From the IMG/VR virus record IMGVR_UViG_3300036768_001066: a stretch of 64,000 bases of DNA; one strand, given 5' to 3'. Below the pieces are notes generated by a model, which was not told where the DNA came from, did no database searches, and saw nothing but the letters and a program-made list of their open reading frames with translations. Origin of the DNA: a virus. Its lineage: Duplodnaviria; Heunggongvirae; Uroviricota; Caudoviricetes. Below, piece by piece: positions 1-8,819 of the stretch (position 1 is the stretch's first letter; each line of letters opens with the position of its first letter). The translations under genes were made by a program, and so were the position numbers.

Positions 1-338
1 ACTTCCCGAGCCTTCTCGCGGATCATCACCTTGTTGACGTGATTGCCGACGTTGGATGTCTTGTGCGATCCGGTCCCACCCCAGTTCGCCATGATGTTGG
101 CTGCGGCGTTCTTGGATATTGTGGCTTGGATGCCGTGTATTCCTTTCTGTAGGTTCTCCTGTTCAGTCAACAGCGCGTTGACCTGAGAGTCGGCCTTAAG
201 ACCGTTTAGGCTCTCGAACAGCGAAGTTTCGGCGACTTTTGCAGGCTCTGCGCTCTGCAAGAAAGATTCGCAGATGGCCCTTACTTCTGCAGAAGTGGTG
301 CTGTTGCACAGAGCCTGGATTTTCTCTCTCAAATTCAT
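1..338 (-). CDS. hypothetical protein, 5' part only (gene continues past window start)
   Basis: ATG at 338..336 opens a minus-strand frame (MNLREKIQALCNSTTSAEVRAICESF...ANWGGTGSHKTSNVGNHVNKVMIREKAREV) that stays open to position 1. It is missing from the ORF track because no stop lies inside the window. It is co-oriented with its neighbours and has an AT-rich upstream region (TATATAAAAGG on the minus strand). Confidence 0.4.
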   Translation of the reverse strand, partial: MNLREKIQALCNSTTSAEVRAICESFLQSAEPAKVAETSLFESLNGLKADSQVNALLTEQENLQKGIHGIQATISKNAAANIMANWGGTGSHKTSNVGNHVNKVMIREKARE

Positions 339-409
339 CTTTTATAGAGTTTTTATTTTCCTTTTATATATATCGAGCAAACCGTCGAAAATTCCGTCCT
401 TTTACTTCA

Positions 410-1267
410 TCAGGCTGGTATTTGCGGGGGCGGCGGTCCGTTTATCCCCGATATTCCTGGTTCCACTGGGTTACCATTAGCATCGGTCTCATTCTTTATG
501 TCGGTCATTTGCGGGTCCACGTCCACAGACAACTTAGCGAACACGCCAGATACCCCAGAATACGAAAACATCTCGTTTCCAATACCGTGGTGCATTGTTT
601 TGCCCCTGAACATCTCCGTTGTGGCGTCAAGAACAGGCTGGTATGCCTCCATCTCGAGTGTGAACTTTATGGATATTGCCTTGCTGGTATCGTCCCCGTA
701 AGTGAAGGTTATCGGCTTCTCGATCGCGTAATCCTGGGAGAACCCCACCTGTAGGGGTATGCGCATTCCCTTGTAATCTACCGCGAAGGTGGCTGCCTTA
801 TAGAACGTAGCTATAGTCTCCTGAATTATCTTGTACGCCTCGACCAACGTGTTTGATAGAATCTCCACGTCGTAAGTCAAGGTCAGGGGTATGACATTCA
901 GGAAAGCCGAGAATGCCTGTATGCTGCCGTCAACCTCCTTGTTGTATGTACCGCGGTTGAACTTGTTGGTCAGGGCCGCCGTGTTTATGGTCATGGCGGT
1001 AAGATTGATGACGCCCCTCGGCACCGGATCGGTGTTGCCCTCTGTGAACGTAGGACCGTCGCAATTGGACTGGTAGTTTATGTAGAAGTCTTGCAAGAAC
1101 CTCTCGCTGCCGTACATCGCATAGAAGAACGGCACCGGGATCTGCCTCACGTCCTCGTCCGACACCACCTGGGTGATGTAGACCTTCTTATTCAGGAAGT
1201 CCAGGAGCCCAATTGCGATGCACCTAAGCAGCACATCGTCAGTATTATACTTATCATTGAATGGCAA
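410..1267 (-). CDS. hypothetical phage protein (285 aa), Pro/Gly-rich C-terminus
   Basis: Long ORF co-oriented with and immediately downstream of the gp46-like gene. No diagnostic motif recognised. C-terminus is NGNPVEPGISGINGPPPPQIPA. Confidence 0.5.
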   Translation of the reverse strand: MPFNDKYNTDDVLLRCIAIGLLDFLNKKVYITQVVSDEDVRQIPVPFFYAMYGSERFLQDFYINYQSNCDGPTFTEGNTDPVPRGVINLTAMTINTAALTNKFNRGTYNKEVDGSIQAFSAFLNVIPLTLTYDVEILSNTLVEAYKIIQETIATFYKAATFAVDYKGMRIPLQVGFSQDYAIEKPITFTYGDDTSKAISIKFTLEMEAYQPVLDATTEMFRGKTMHHGIGNEMFSYSGVSGVFAKLSVDVDPQMTDIKNETDANGNPVEPGISGINGPPPPQIPA

Positions 1268-1292
1268 GGTCTGTGAATATTTTCTTTATATA

Positions 1293-2966
1293 TCACGCCT
1301 TTTCTATTCGCAGGTTGGAGAACCCATCTTTCTTCTCTATTTCTATCTTGTAGTCGAATACCTCCTGCGGGAGCGGATTGTGTGATATTACGAAAATATT
1401 GAGGTTCAATTCGTGGCACAGCTTGTTTAAGATCTGCAAGATAGAGTGTATTCCGTCCTGGTCAACCGAGGAGAATATCTCGTCGAGGAACAACAGGTTT
1501 AGTGTCGGGAACTTCATCTTCATAAGCCTTATCCAGGCCACGAGTATTACGAAGTCCACCTTCTTACTCTCGCCGAAGCTGAGCGTCGCTGGCGAGATCT
1601 CCTCGCCGAGGTGGTACAGCTTTGCGTCGAAGTTCTCATCGAACGTCACCTGGTAGTCGAGGTGCATCTGGAGCATCATGCTGTATATCTCGTTATTGAA
1701 CGCGGGTATTATTCTCTGCATCACGAGTTTCTTTATGCCGTTCTCGCCAACCGCCTCTTCCACAACTTTGTTCCATGCGAGCTTCTCCTCGTCGATAGCT
1801 CGCTGGTCCGCCCATTCTTTCATCTCCGCTTCTACTCTCGCTATCACATTACGTAAGCCCTCTGTCGAAGTAGTCGAGTTCTTGTTAGACTCGAGATTTT
1901 TCAGCATGGTGTTAAGCCCGCTTATCTTGCTCTGAATTTTAGACCCCTTGTCCATGAGGTCACGTTCTTCCTGGTTTATTGCGTCCCTCCTCTCCTTGAC
2001 GGCCTTGGCTTCTTTTATCAGTTTGGCCTCCTCCTCTGCCGCAACGTCGCGATCCTTCTCGAGCCCATGCTTCAAAGACACATGGTATTCTGAATCGAGG
2101 TCCGCGCCACATTCTGGGCACTGATTGTTGTCGAATAACTTGAGCCTATCGTTCGCGTACTTGACAGTGCCTCTCGCCTTTGTTATCAGCTCCAGGTATT
2201 TGTTTGCTTCCTTCTCTACCTCTTCCTTTCTTATGCGAAACTCCTTGACCTTCTCCGACTGCAGGTTGAGAAGATTCTTGAAGCTCTCCAGTTGTTTTAC
2301 AACGTCCGCTATCTCCTCGTCGTTATTCTCCTGCAGCTTCTTCATCGTCTCCTCGAGCTGGGTCATCGAGCTATCGAGTGACACCTTGGCGCCTTGCAGT
2401 TTGCTGTGCAGGGAATCGATGCTGTCCTTGAGGCTCTTGCTGCTCTTGCCGAGTATCTCCTTCATCTCATTTAATATGGAGTAGCCAAGTACGCGGTCTA
2501 CTATCTCGCGCTTATCCTTGGCCCCCATGCTCATGAAACTCTTAAAGTCGTTTATGTTCAATGATATTACGTTGGTGAATACGTAGAACGGAATATCAAG
2601 CAGCTCCTCGCAGAGATACTCATTTGGTCCACGACCGCTATAGTTCGCCTTGTCGTATGCTTGTCCGTCTATGGACAGCTCCATACCGTTTGGCATAACG
2701 GTGCGTTCCGACACTATCTTGCGTCCCTTGCTGTCTATAGTTAATCTAACCCACCCGTTCTTGTTGGACCTGTTGGCGAGATCCTTCAGGCTTTTCTTGT
2801 CCACCTTGCCGTATGTACCAAACTTAATCGCATCCGATATTGTGGACTTGCCCGCGCCATTTTTGCCCAGTATCAAAAAGAACCCAGCAGGCCCACGAAG
2901 GTCTATTACCTGGTCCTTGTTGCCATAGCTTGCGAAGTTTCTGAATTCTATTGTTTCGTATCTCAT
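1293..2966 (-). CDS. sbcC: recombination/repair exonuclease ATPase subunit, SbcC/Rad50-like (T4 gp46-like)
   Basis: Walker A GKNGAGKST near the N-terminus. Long coiled-coil middle with a CPECG zinc-hook-like CxxC. C-terminal Walker B/D-loop LLFLDEIFSSVDQDG followed by the H-loop VISH. The C-terminal block aligns with the T4 gp46 tail (LILDEVFDGSFD...FIISH). Confidence 0.85.
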   Translation of the reverse strand: MRYETIEFRNFASYGNKDQVIDLRGPAGFFLILGKNGAGKSTISDAIKFGTYGKVDKKSLKDLANRSNKNGWVRLTIDSKGRKIVSERTVMPNGMELSIDGQAYDKANYSGRGPNEYLCEELLDIPFYVFTNVISLNINDFKSFMSMGAKDKREIVDRVLGYSILNEMKEILGKSSKSLKDSIDSLHSKLQGAKVSLDSSMTQLEETMKKLQENNDEEIADVVKQLESFKNLLNLQSEKVKEFRIRKEEVEKEANKYLELITKARGTVKYANDRLKLFDNNQCPECGADLDSEYHVSLKHGLEKDRDVAAEEEAKLIKEAKAVKERRDAINQEERDLMDKGSKIQSKISGLNTMLKNLESNKNSTTSTEGLRNVIARVEAEMKEWADQRAIDEEKLAWNKVVEEAVGENGIKKLVMQRIIPAFNNEIYSMMLQMHLDYQVTFDENFDAKLYHLGEEISPATLSFGESKKVDFVILVAWIRLMKMKFPTLNLLFLDEIFSSVDQDGIHSILQILNKLCHELNLNIFVISHNPLPQEVFDYKIEIEKKDGFSNLRIEKA

Positions 2967-4078
2967 AAGTCTGGCATCCTTTCTTTGTTCTTGCGTTCCT
3001 CGGCCTGGGTGTGCAAGAAATTTAGTGTGTTCAACAATCTGTTTTTTTCCGTATCACCGAATCCGGTGGCATCGACATAATTCTTTATGAGCGAGGGTAT
3101 ACTCAGTTCAGAGTCAAAGTTGTCGAGCTTATTTTCGTTCAGATCTATAAGGTTGTCCTGTGTCGGTCTGAAGTTAACCTCGCGGTAGCATCCCTCAACG
3201 TACGACAAGAACGTGCTTACCGGTACTTTGAACATATCGTTCGACTCTACGTGCAAGTCGACAAAATTATTCTTGAATCGCTGTCTCGCTTCTTCTGGCG
3301 TCATGTCAAGTAGCGAGTCCAACTTGTAAGATAAGAACCTTGGGGAATATGTGTTCTCTATCCAAGTTTCTTCGTCCGTAGATAAATCGAGAATGGTAAC
3401 ACCCTTAGCATTACCCGAGTCAGAACGCGTTAGCTGATAAGGCGCGCCAAGCATATTAACGTTTGCCTTCTTCTGTGCGAAATGTATGTGACCAGAGTAC
3501 ACGCGCTTGAACTGCTTGTACGTACTTATGTCACAACCGTGAGTGACTTCCACGTTCTTATTGAACTTCATACCGGCGATGTCTGCATGACACAATAAAA
3601 AGTCGTTTCCGATGCCGAGCTCTTGGACACACTTGCCTTCCTCCTCGTGGTTCTTCCTCCATGGCATCAATAACCATTTGGTGTGTCCGAGTTTCACAGA
3701 TACCGGCTCCTCATAAAGGTGGACGCCTGGGATGAAACCGATGGGCTTTAACGAGTTAATGTCGTTAGAAGACTTGAGGTAACAATCGTGGTTACCGAGT
3801 ATGCAGATTATGCCGTCCTTGAATATGCTGGACAGCTTCTGGAACACGGTCATGCCGAGATTGAGCACGCGCAGGTTTATGGCATTGCGGCTGTCGAACA
3901 CATCGCCGCCGACCATGAGTATGTCGCCAGGCTTATACTCGCGCTCGCACAGAGGTATGAACCAATTAAGGAAGTAGTCTTCCTGGATGTCCATCCACTC
4001 CACGAGGTTGCTCCGCACGCCAAAATGGATGTCCGTTATGAACCAGACACGCTTCGCTGCTGGGAAATTTGTAACCAT
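2963..4078 (-). CDS. sbcD: Mre11/SbcD-like nuclease subunit (T4 gp47-like)
   Basis: Calcineurin-like phosphoesterase motifs: FITDIHFG, MVGGDVFD, ILGNHD, GHIH. The start overlaps the gp46-like stop (ATGA-type coupling). Confidence 0.85.
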   Translation of the reverse strand: MVTNFPAAKRVWFITDIHFGVRSNLVEWMDIQEDYFLNWFIPLCEREYKPGDILMVGGDVFDSRNAINLRVLNLGMTVFQKLSSIFKDGIICILGNHDCYLKSSNDINSLKPIGFIPGVHLYEEPVSVKLGHTKWLLMPWRKNHEEEGKCVQELGIGNDFLLCHADIAGMKFNKNVEVTHGCDISTYKQFKRVYSGHIHFAQKKANVNMLGAPYQLTRSDSGNAKGVTILDLSTDEETWIENTYSPRFLSYKLDSLLDMTPEEARQRFKNNFVDLHVESNDMFKVPVSTFLSYVEGCYREVNFRPTQDNLIDLNENKLDNFDSELSIPSLIKNYVDATGFGDTEKNRLLNTLNFLHTQAEERKNKERMPDL

Positions 4079-4278
4079 TATTTTTCGAATATAGCTCGTC
4101 TAAGTATAGACGCGGAGTTCTTCAATGTTTCTGCCTTCGCCTCAATTTCTTCCGCGAGACGCAAAACGTCGGATTCATTTATGGCTGTCATGTAACTATC
4201 CTTTGCGGCAATGTACGAATCTTTGTCCACCACATTTACTCTCGTGATATGGTATTGTTCACCATCATTCACCATCAT
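4078..4278 (-). CDS. small hypothetical protein (66 aa)
   Basis: ORF packed tightly between neighbouring minus-strand genes and overlapping both ends. Charged helical composition. Confidence 0.35.
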   Translation of the reverse strand: MMVNDGEQYHITRVNVVDKDSYIAAKDSYMTAINESDVLRLAEEIEAKAETLKNSASILRRAIFEK

Positions 4279-4843
4279 TACTTACCTGGTACAAGTTCTC
4301 CGGCTCGCTGTTTCTATCCCAGAAATTTAGTCTGCATCTCATGTACAATTTGGGCGCGAGTGTGGTCTCAGATATTCTGCTGGATTCTGCCAGTAGGTAT
4401 ATTACTATTGTGTCAAATCTCCTTAGATTGAAGTTTATCATATCCGCCAGTTTCTTGGTCATAAGTTCTTCGGCAAGCGATGAACTAATTGGTTCTGTAA
4501 CTGGTATATTTATGGATACTTGGAATGTGTGAGTTTCACCAAATCCAATATTCTCTGTAACATCATCAATATACTCATAATTTGGTGCCGTCGTCAGCTG
4601 GACGTTTTTACCATTTATGTTAAGCATGGTAAGTATCTTAATTGCGACCGGCAACATAGATGGAGTTTCCTTTTGGTTCGAAAAAATACTGGTAGCATTA
4701 TTGTCCCTCAATGTGTGACAGTGAGCATAATTGGCGGCGAACTGCATCAAGTCCTCGCGCACTCCGGCCTTTTCCAAAACCGGTCTCCACGTATCCAGTA
4801 TCTTCGACTGGTCCCACGTGATGTTTGAATTTACCTTTATCAT
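4265..4843 (-). CDS. hypothetical protein (192 aa)
   Basis: Co-oriented ORF in the replication block. No recognised motif. Confidence 0.45.
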   Translation of the reverse strand: MIKVNSNITWDQSKILDTWRPVLEKAGVREDLMQFAANYAHCHTLRDNNATSIFSNQKETPSMLPVAIKILTMLNINGKNVQLTTAPNYEYIDDVTENIGFGETHTFQVSINIPVTEPISSSLAEELMTKKLADMINFNLRRFDTIVIYLLAESSRISETTLAPKLYMRCRLNFWDRNSEPENLYQVSNDGE

Positions 4844-5706
4844 TAGAATAGTCTGTTTCGTTTCTTTTTTGATAGTATGGCGTACTTGCCCTCGAGCTCC
4901 TGAATAACCATGGTCTTGACCTTCAGTCCTGCCGCCTCGTACACTTTCTCGTACGATGTGTCCATGAACTCGGCGATGGCTATAAACATGTCCATCGCGG
5001 AATACCCCGACCCATTGTTCAGTCCGTTCCAGAGGTCGTTGAATATGAACGGCGCCAGCTCCTTCGGGAACTTCTTGTCTTTAGGTAGTCCCTTCCACTG
5101 CGAGTTGTTGTATATCTCGTATACCTTGTTGAGCAACTCTCGCCTGACCATGTACTGTTCCGAGTTGTAGCAATCGTCGAGCCTCGCATCAGCATATTCA
5201 TCGTTGACCTTTATGTCGGGCAGTTTGTGAGTCTCAGTGCTGCCAGTGTTGTATGTGTTGCCGAAGATCTTATCCTCTTGGCGCGGCGCGGTCTTTGACG
5301 CGGTATTATTGCCCTTCTTACTTTCCTGTATATCAAACTCGTCGAAGCTAAGTTTAGAGTAGGAATACTTCTTGCCGTCCTTCATAAACTCGCGCCTGCC
5401 AGCGGAACCGCCCGACGCGGGTTCGTCGCCACCGAATACTGAGCGAGCCGTTGGCTTGGCCGGCTTCTTGTCTTTTTTGCTCTTTTTCATATTTAGGAGT
5501 ATTCCTATTCCTATTATATTTGGTTCTTCCAGATTGTTCCTTAGAACTCCATCCGGCCGCTTGCCAAATATGTGAATGGCGCCCTGATCAGATTCCAGAG
5601 CCTCCTCGAGAATCTCGTCCGAGTATGGATCGATATTGATGGCTCCGGTCTCTTCTCCGTAACCATTGTTTGCGTGCTGTTGCTTTCTGTCAGTTTCATT
5701 GTTCAT
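4843..5706 (-). CDS. hypothetical replication-module protein (287 aa), low-complexity N-half
   Basis: Sits directly downstream of the DnaB-like helicase, the position where T4-type genomes carry the primase or loader. No Toprim or zinc-finger motif visible. Lys/Gly-rich linker (KKSKKDKKPAKP). Confidence 0.45.
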   Translation of the reverse strand: MNNETDRKQQHANNGYGEETGAINIDPYSDEILEEALESDQGAIHIFGKRPDGVLRNNLEEPNIIGIGILLNMKKSKKDKKPAKPTARSVFGGDEPASGGSAGRREFMKDGKKYSYSKLSFDEFDIQESKKGNNTASKTAPRQEDKIFGNTYNTGSTETHKLPDIKVNDEYADARLDDCYNSEQYMVRRELLNKVYEIYNNSQWKGLPKDKKFPKELAPFIFNDLWNGLNNGSGYSAMDMFIAIAEFMDTSYEKVYEAAGLKVKTMVIQELEGKYAILSKKKRNRLF

Positions 5707-5716
5707 GTTGTTATTT

Positions 5717-7021
5717 TTAATCGAATGTGTCCTCCATGATACCCGTAGTAGGGTCCTCGCTTATCCTCATGTACTTGTAGTCTATGTCGAATATCTTGGA
5801 TGCGTTCTTGTACCCCTCGTGCCGGTTGGCGAGCACTTTCAGCTTGTACTTCTTGTTGGCGTACATGAGCGGGTCCTGGATTATACCCATCATGAGGTCG
5901 ACCGTGGCCACGAGCCCTGACGATTCGGACGCAGCGCCCATAGACATGTCATTGGTATCAAACACTGACTGCTTGACCTGCGTAGCCGAAATTACCGCCC
6001 ACTCGTTGGTCTGCGCCATGGCTCGCACGTCCTCCGCTATCTGCTTAATCTTCATGTAGGTGTTCTCCGTGTTAGGGTTCCGCCAGTTCTTCATGATGTT
6101 TATGTAGTCGATGATGACCACCTTGAACTTCATCTTGTAACGTTCCTCCATCCTCCTCAAGTACGCTTCGATGTCGAGCGAAGATGCGGTGGATGTCGGG
6201 AACTCCTTGATGAACAGCTTCCCCGGTAGTTGTAGCGTGTCGAAGCCCACCTGGCTTATCTTCTCCTTGATTAGTTCCTGATCCTTGGACGCCAACTTGT
6301 AGTCCGACACCGGTATGTTGAGCATGTTCGTGCCTATCCTCTTGACATAAAGAGCCTCGGACATCTCGAGCGATATTATCGCCACGTTGTGGCCGTTTTT
6401 GACGGCCTTGGCCGCAAGGTTGGCGAGCCATATAGACTTACCGACCTTGGCCTGACCGAGGAACACAGTGAGCGTTTTGGCGGAGAAACCGCCGTCGGTA
6501 ACGAGGTCTATGAACGGGTACCCAGTGGAGAACGTGTTGTACGTCGGCTGGACGTGAGAGGACGGGTTGAAGAAGTCTGAGCCCTCAGAGAAGCTGAAGT
6601 CTATATTGTTCCTGTCCACTATGAGGCTCTTCGCCTGCTGGACTATATTCTTGATGTTCTCGGAATTTACTGGCGTGGTCTTCAGGTAGTTCACCAAATC
6701 GACCGTGGATGTTTCGAGCGCCTTGTACTCGATGAACGTCTCTGTGTTGTCCGTGAGCCATTCGTCTTCATACTTCTCGAGGTTTACATCCCACAGAGTA
6801 TCTACTTGTCCAGGCGTAACGTCGACCCCCTTCAGCCTGAGTATCTCGCGTACCTGTGGTAGTGTAGGACATTCCTTGTACTTGTTCCAGAACTCCTTTA
6901 CCACGGGAAAAACTTTCTTAATTACTGGCTCCTCGAAGAACCTATTCTGCGAGGCGTCCATGTAGCCTGAATTGCGTACGATGTTGTGAAAAAATATCTT
7001 CTCTAACTGCGGGTTAACCAT
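5717..7021 (-). CDS. dnaB: DnaB-family replicative DNA helicase (T4 gp41-like)
   Basis: Walker A FLGQAKVGKS. H1a motif ISLEMS. Walker B VVIIDYINIM. RecA-like C-terminal domain with an N-terminal helical domain. Confidence 0.85.
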   Translation of the reverse strand: MVNPQLEKIFFHNIVRNSGYMDASQNRFFEEPVIKKVFPVVKEFWNKYKECPTLPQVREILRLKGVDVTPGQVDTLWDVNLEKYEDEWLTDNTETFIEYKALETSTVDLVNYLKTTPVNSENIKNIVQQAKSLIVDRNNIDFSFSEGSDFFNPSSHVQPTYNTFSTGYPFIDLVTDGGFSAKTLTVFLGQAKVGKSIWLANLAAKAVKNGHNVAIISLEMSEALYVKRIGTNMLNIPVSDYKLASKDQELIKEKISQVGFDTLQLPGKLFIKEFPTSTASSLDIEAYLRRMEERYKMKFKVVIIDYINIMKNWRNPNTENTYMKIKQIAEDVRAMAQTNEWAVISATQVKQSVFDTNDMSMGAASESSGLVATVDLMMGIIQDPLMYANKKYKLKVLANRHEGYKNASKIFDIDYKYMRISEDPTTGIMEDTFD

Positions 7022-7086
7022 CTCTAATTGTGCCTTTATTTTATCTCTTATACAGCGATGGCACTAAGATGTTTCTACGCGATGAG

Positions 7087-7114
7087 AAAATGAAAAAGGA
7101 CCCATGTGGGTCCT
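7087..7114 (-). terminator. rho-independent terminator (minus strand)
   Basis: Perfect hairpin AGGACCCA-tg-TGGGTCCT (7097-7114). On the minus-strand RNA it is followed by UUUUCAUUUU (top-strand AAAATGAAAA at 7087-7096). It lies between the small ORF 7154-7339 and the helicase start. Confidence 0.5.
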
Positions 7115-7153
7115 ATCTTCGTCTTCCTCGCCTGGGTCCTCCAGACGAATTAT

Positions 7154-7339
7154 TTATGATCGATCAACAGTATCAGTATGAAGAATATTAGTGCTGTCAT
7201 TTTGTGGAGTTTTCATTTGTGCCTCATTATTTTTAACTTCGTCGTTCACAGAGTTCCTGTATATAGTCATGCCAAACATGAACAAGAACAGCGCCACGAA
7301 GAACAGCTGTTCCGGATCTATGCGGTTTCCTTTACCCAT
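7154..7339 (-). CDS. small membrane protein (61 aa)
   Basis: Hydrophobic stretch FFVALFLFMFGMTIY. Overlaps the upstream HAD gene stop. Terminator immediately downstream. Confidence 0.35.
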   Translation of the reverse strand: MGKGNRIDPEQLFFVALFLFMFGMTIYRNSVNDEVKNNEAQMKTPQNDSTNILHTDTVDRS

Positions 7340-7920
7340 GGCGATTTAGCTTTTATTATATGGTCGTCAGTTATGTCCTGGATCTTCTTGACTATTGCGT
7401 GGATGCGCGGGTGGTGCTTTATTTTCCAGTTGTACTTAGTGTACTTATTGGACACCATTATGGTCGGCACGTGCAATGACAGCGCGTCTATTACGCCATG
7501 CGGCGCGTCGTCGACCCAGATCTCCACGCCCTTGTCCATTATCTTGTTGATCTTGGTCTCGTTAAAGTCGACGAAGTTTATGTCCTTGATCTCCGGGTAC
7601 AGCCTGTTGACCATGTCTATTGTCGGCGCGTGCAGAGCGGGGCCTCTGGCCGTTATCAACGATATGTGATGACCGGCATCGATCCAACGCTTGATGGTCT
7701 CCTGCGAGCCCTCAATCGGCTCAACAGCATCGCACATGATAACCGGATCTACAAACATCTCAAGCATGCGACGCTTCATGTCGTCCGGGAAGTTTGATTG
7801 GTACCAGTCGATAACGTCCACGTCAGTGTAGTCGTATCCAAGTTCCTTTGCGGCCTTACCGCATACAGTCATCGTTATGAGTGTCGAGTCGAGGTCGACT
7901 CCTATAATTTTTTTTTCCAT
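7318..7920 (-). CDS. HAD-superfamily 5'(3')-deoxyribonucleotidase-like phosphatase
   Basis: Motif I IIGVDLDSTL (DxDxT) at the N-terminus. HAD-like spacing with a later WVDD motif. About 200 aa, typical of NT5C-like phage nucleotidases. Confidence 0.6.
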   Translation of the reverse strand: MEKKIIGVDLDSTLITMTVCGKAAKELGYDYTDVDVIDWYQSNFPDDMKRRMLEMFVDPVIMCDAVEPIEGSQETIKRWIDAGHHISLITARGPALHAPTIDMVNRLYPEIKDINFVDFNETKINKIMDKGVEIWVDDAPHGVIDALSLHVPTIMVSNKYTKYNWKIKHHPRIHAIVKKIQDITDDHIIKAKSPWVKETA

Positions 7921-8007
7921 GTTCTTACTTATTATATTTACGGTCTTGCCTCCTTATCTTAACCTTAAGTCCGGAGTCATCGGTTATATTAAATGTAATC
8001 ATAACAA

Positions 8008-8027
8008 GTGGTGGGATTCGAACCCAC
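8008..8027 (-). other. tRNA T-arm-like perfect palindrome (GTGGG-TTCGAAT-CCCAC on minus strand); tRNA remnant or terminator hairpin
   Basis: Top strand reads GTGGGATTCGAACCCAC. The minus strand gives a canonical T-stem/T-loop (GTGGGTTCGAATCCCAC). No acceptor, D or anticodon arms could be built from flanking sequence. It lies 30 nt downstream of the stop of gene 8056-8421. Confidence 0.3.
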
Positions 8028-8055
8028 ATTTACTGCTCCGATTACGATTAACTGT

Positions 8056-8666
8056 TTAGAAAACAGACTCGGCCTCTTCAGCCTCTTTTTTAATTTGCTC
8101 CCAGGTCTTACCCGCGTGACTCATATACGTCCTCTTGAGCTTCTCGGTCTCTGCGTACTTACGCGTGTTGTAACCGTATGCTGCGTAGAGGTCGAGCTCC
8201 ACCTCGAGCAGGTCTATCAGTTTGTAGAACTGGAGTGACGTCATAGTCTTGATGTCGAGCGTCGAGTTATCGTCGTTGAGCGGGTTGTCCGACTCGAGTA
8301 TGTTGGTCTTCTTCTTGTTTTTTAATAGACCAGCAAAGAAGCCGACAGTCGATTTATCGCTGAGCCAATCAATGATCTCGTTGCGTTCATCAGCCGTGAA
8401 CTTTGTCTCATCGTATTCCATGAAAAGTTTGGTAACTTCCTTCTTGAACGACTCGACATGTGATGCAGCCTCGGTTAACGATTCTTTGACATCTGGTATC
8501 TTGTAGCCCTTGCGCTTGGCATAGCTATACGCTATGGCAGCGGCCTGTTTGGGATTCTTGCCCTCGCTTCTCAGCTTAGCTATTTTTTTTTGGATATGTA
8601 CGACTGAGCATCGGCGCTGAGCTTCTCGTCTACTTTATCAAAGTTGTTGAACTTGCCTATTGACAT
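8056..8666 (-). pseudogene. hypothetical protein gene interrupted at an A9 homopolymer (frameshift, sequencing error, or programmed slippage)
   Basis: ATG at 8666 gives MSIGKFNNFDKVDEKLSADAQSYISKKK followed by TAG, crossing the A9 run (top T9 at 8583-8591). The other frame continues protein-like with no ATG (IAKLRSEGKNPKQAAAIAYSYAKRKGYKIPDVKESLTEAASHVESFKKEVTKLF) straight into the listed ORF MEYDETKF... at 8056-8421. One extra A, or a -1 shift on A_AAA_AAA, fuses them into a single ~203-aa protein. Confidence 0.45.
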
Positions 8667-8710
8667 TTGGTGAAGATTTGTATCTCTAAAAAAGGATTTG
8701 ATGTATGATA

Positions 8711-8740
8711 AACATATCCGGCGTTGACTTTAATTCCGGC
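8711..8740. repeat. two 10-bp direct repeats TCCGGCGTTG spaced 20 bp centre-to-centre in an intergenic region
   Basis: tccggcgttg at 8711-8720 and 8731-8740. They lie upstream (minus sense) of the ATG at 8666, in the 150-bp gap before gene 8820-9347. Candidate protein-binding site. Confidence 0.4.
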
Positions 8741-8819
8741 GTTGTTTTCTTGAGGAAACGACCAAGTTTTGAGGCTTGTACGAATACCGAATAAATATAA
8801 CAATTTTTCTAACATGATG

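Noticed and set aside
239-1276. Plus-strand ORFs 239-754, 498-701, 891-1076, 1091-1276
   Set aside because: Shadow ORFs antisense to the partial minus-strand gene and gene 410-1267. Cys/Trp/Arg-rich composition. No coupling to neighbours.
4843-5706. Primase assignment for the gene downstream of the helicase
   Set aside because: No zinc-ribbon CxxC...CxxC or Toprim (E...DxD) motifs visible. Position alone is insufficient.
7985-8085. Complete tRNA gene around the GTGGGTTCGAATCCCAC element
   Set aside because: No complementary acceptor stem could be found; the 7-mer after the T-stem has no partner 65-75 nt upstream. No D-arm or anticodon-arm geometry was found. Only the T-arm is tRNA-like.
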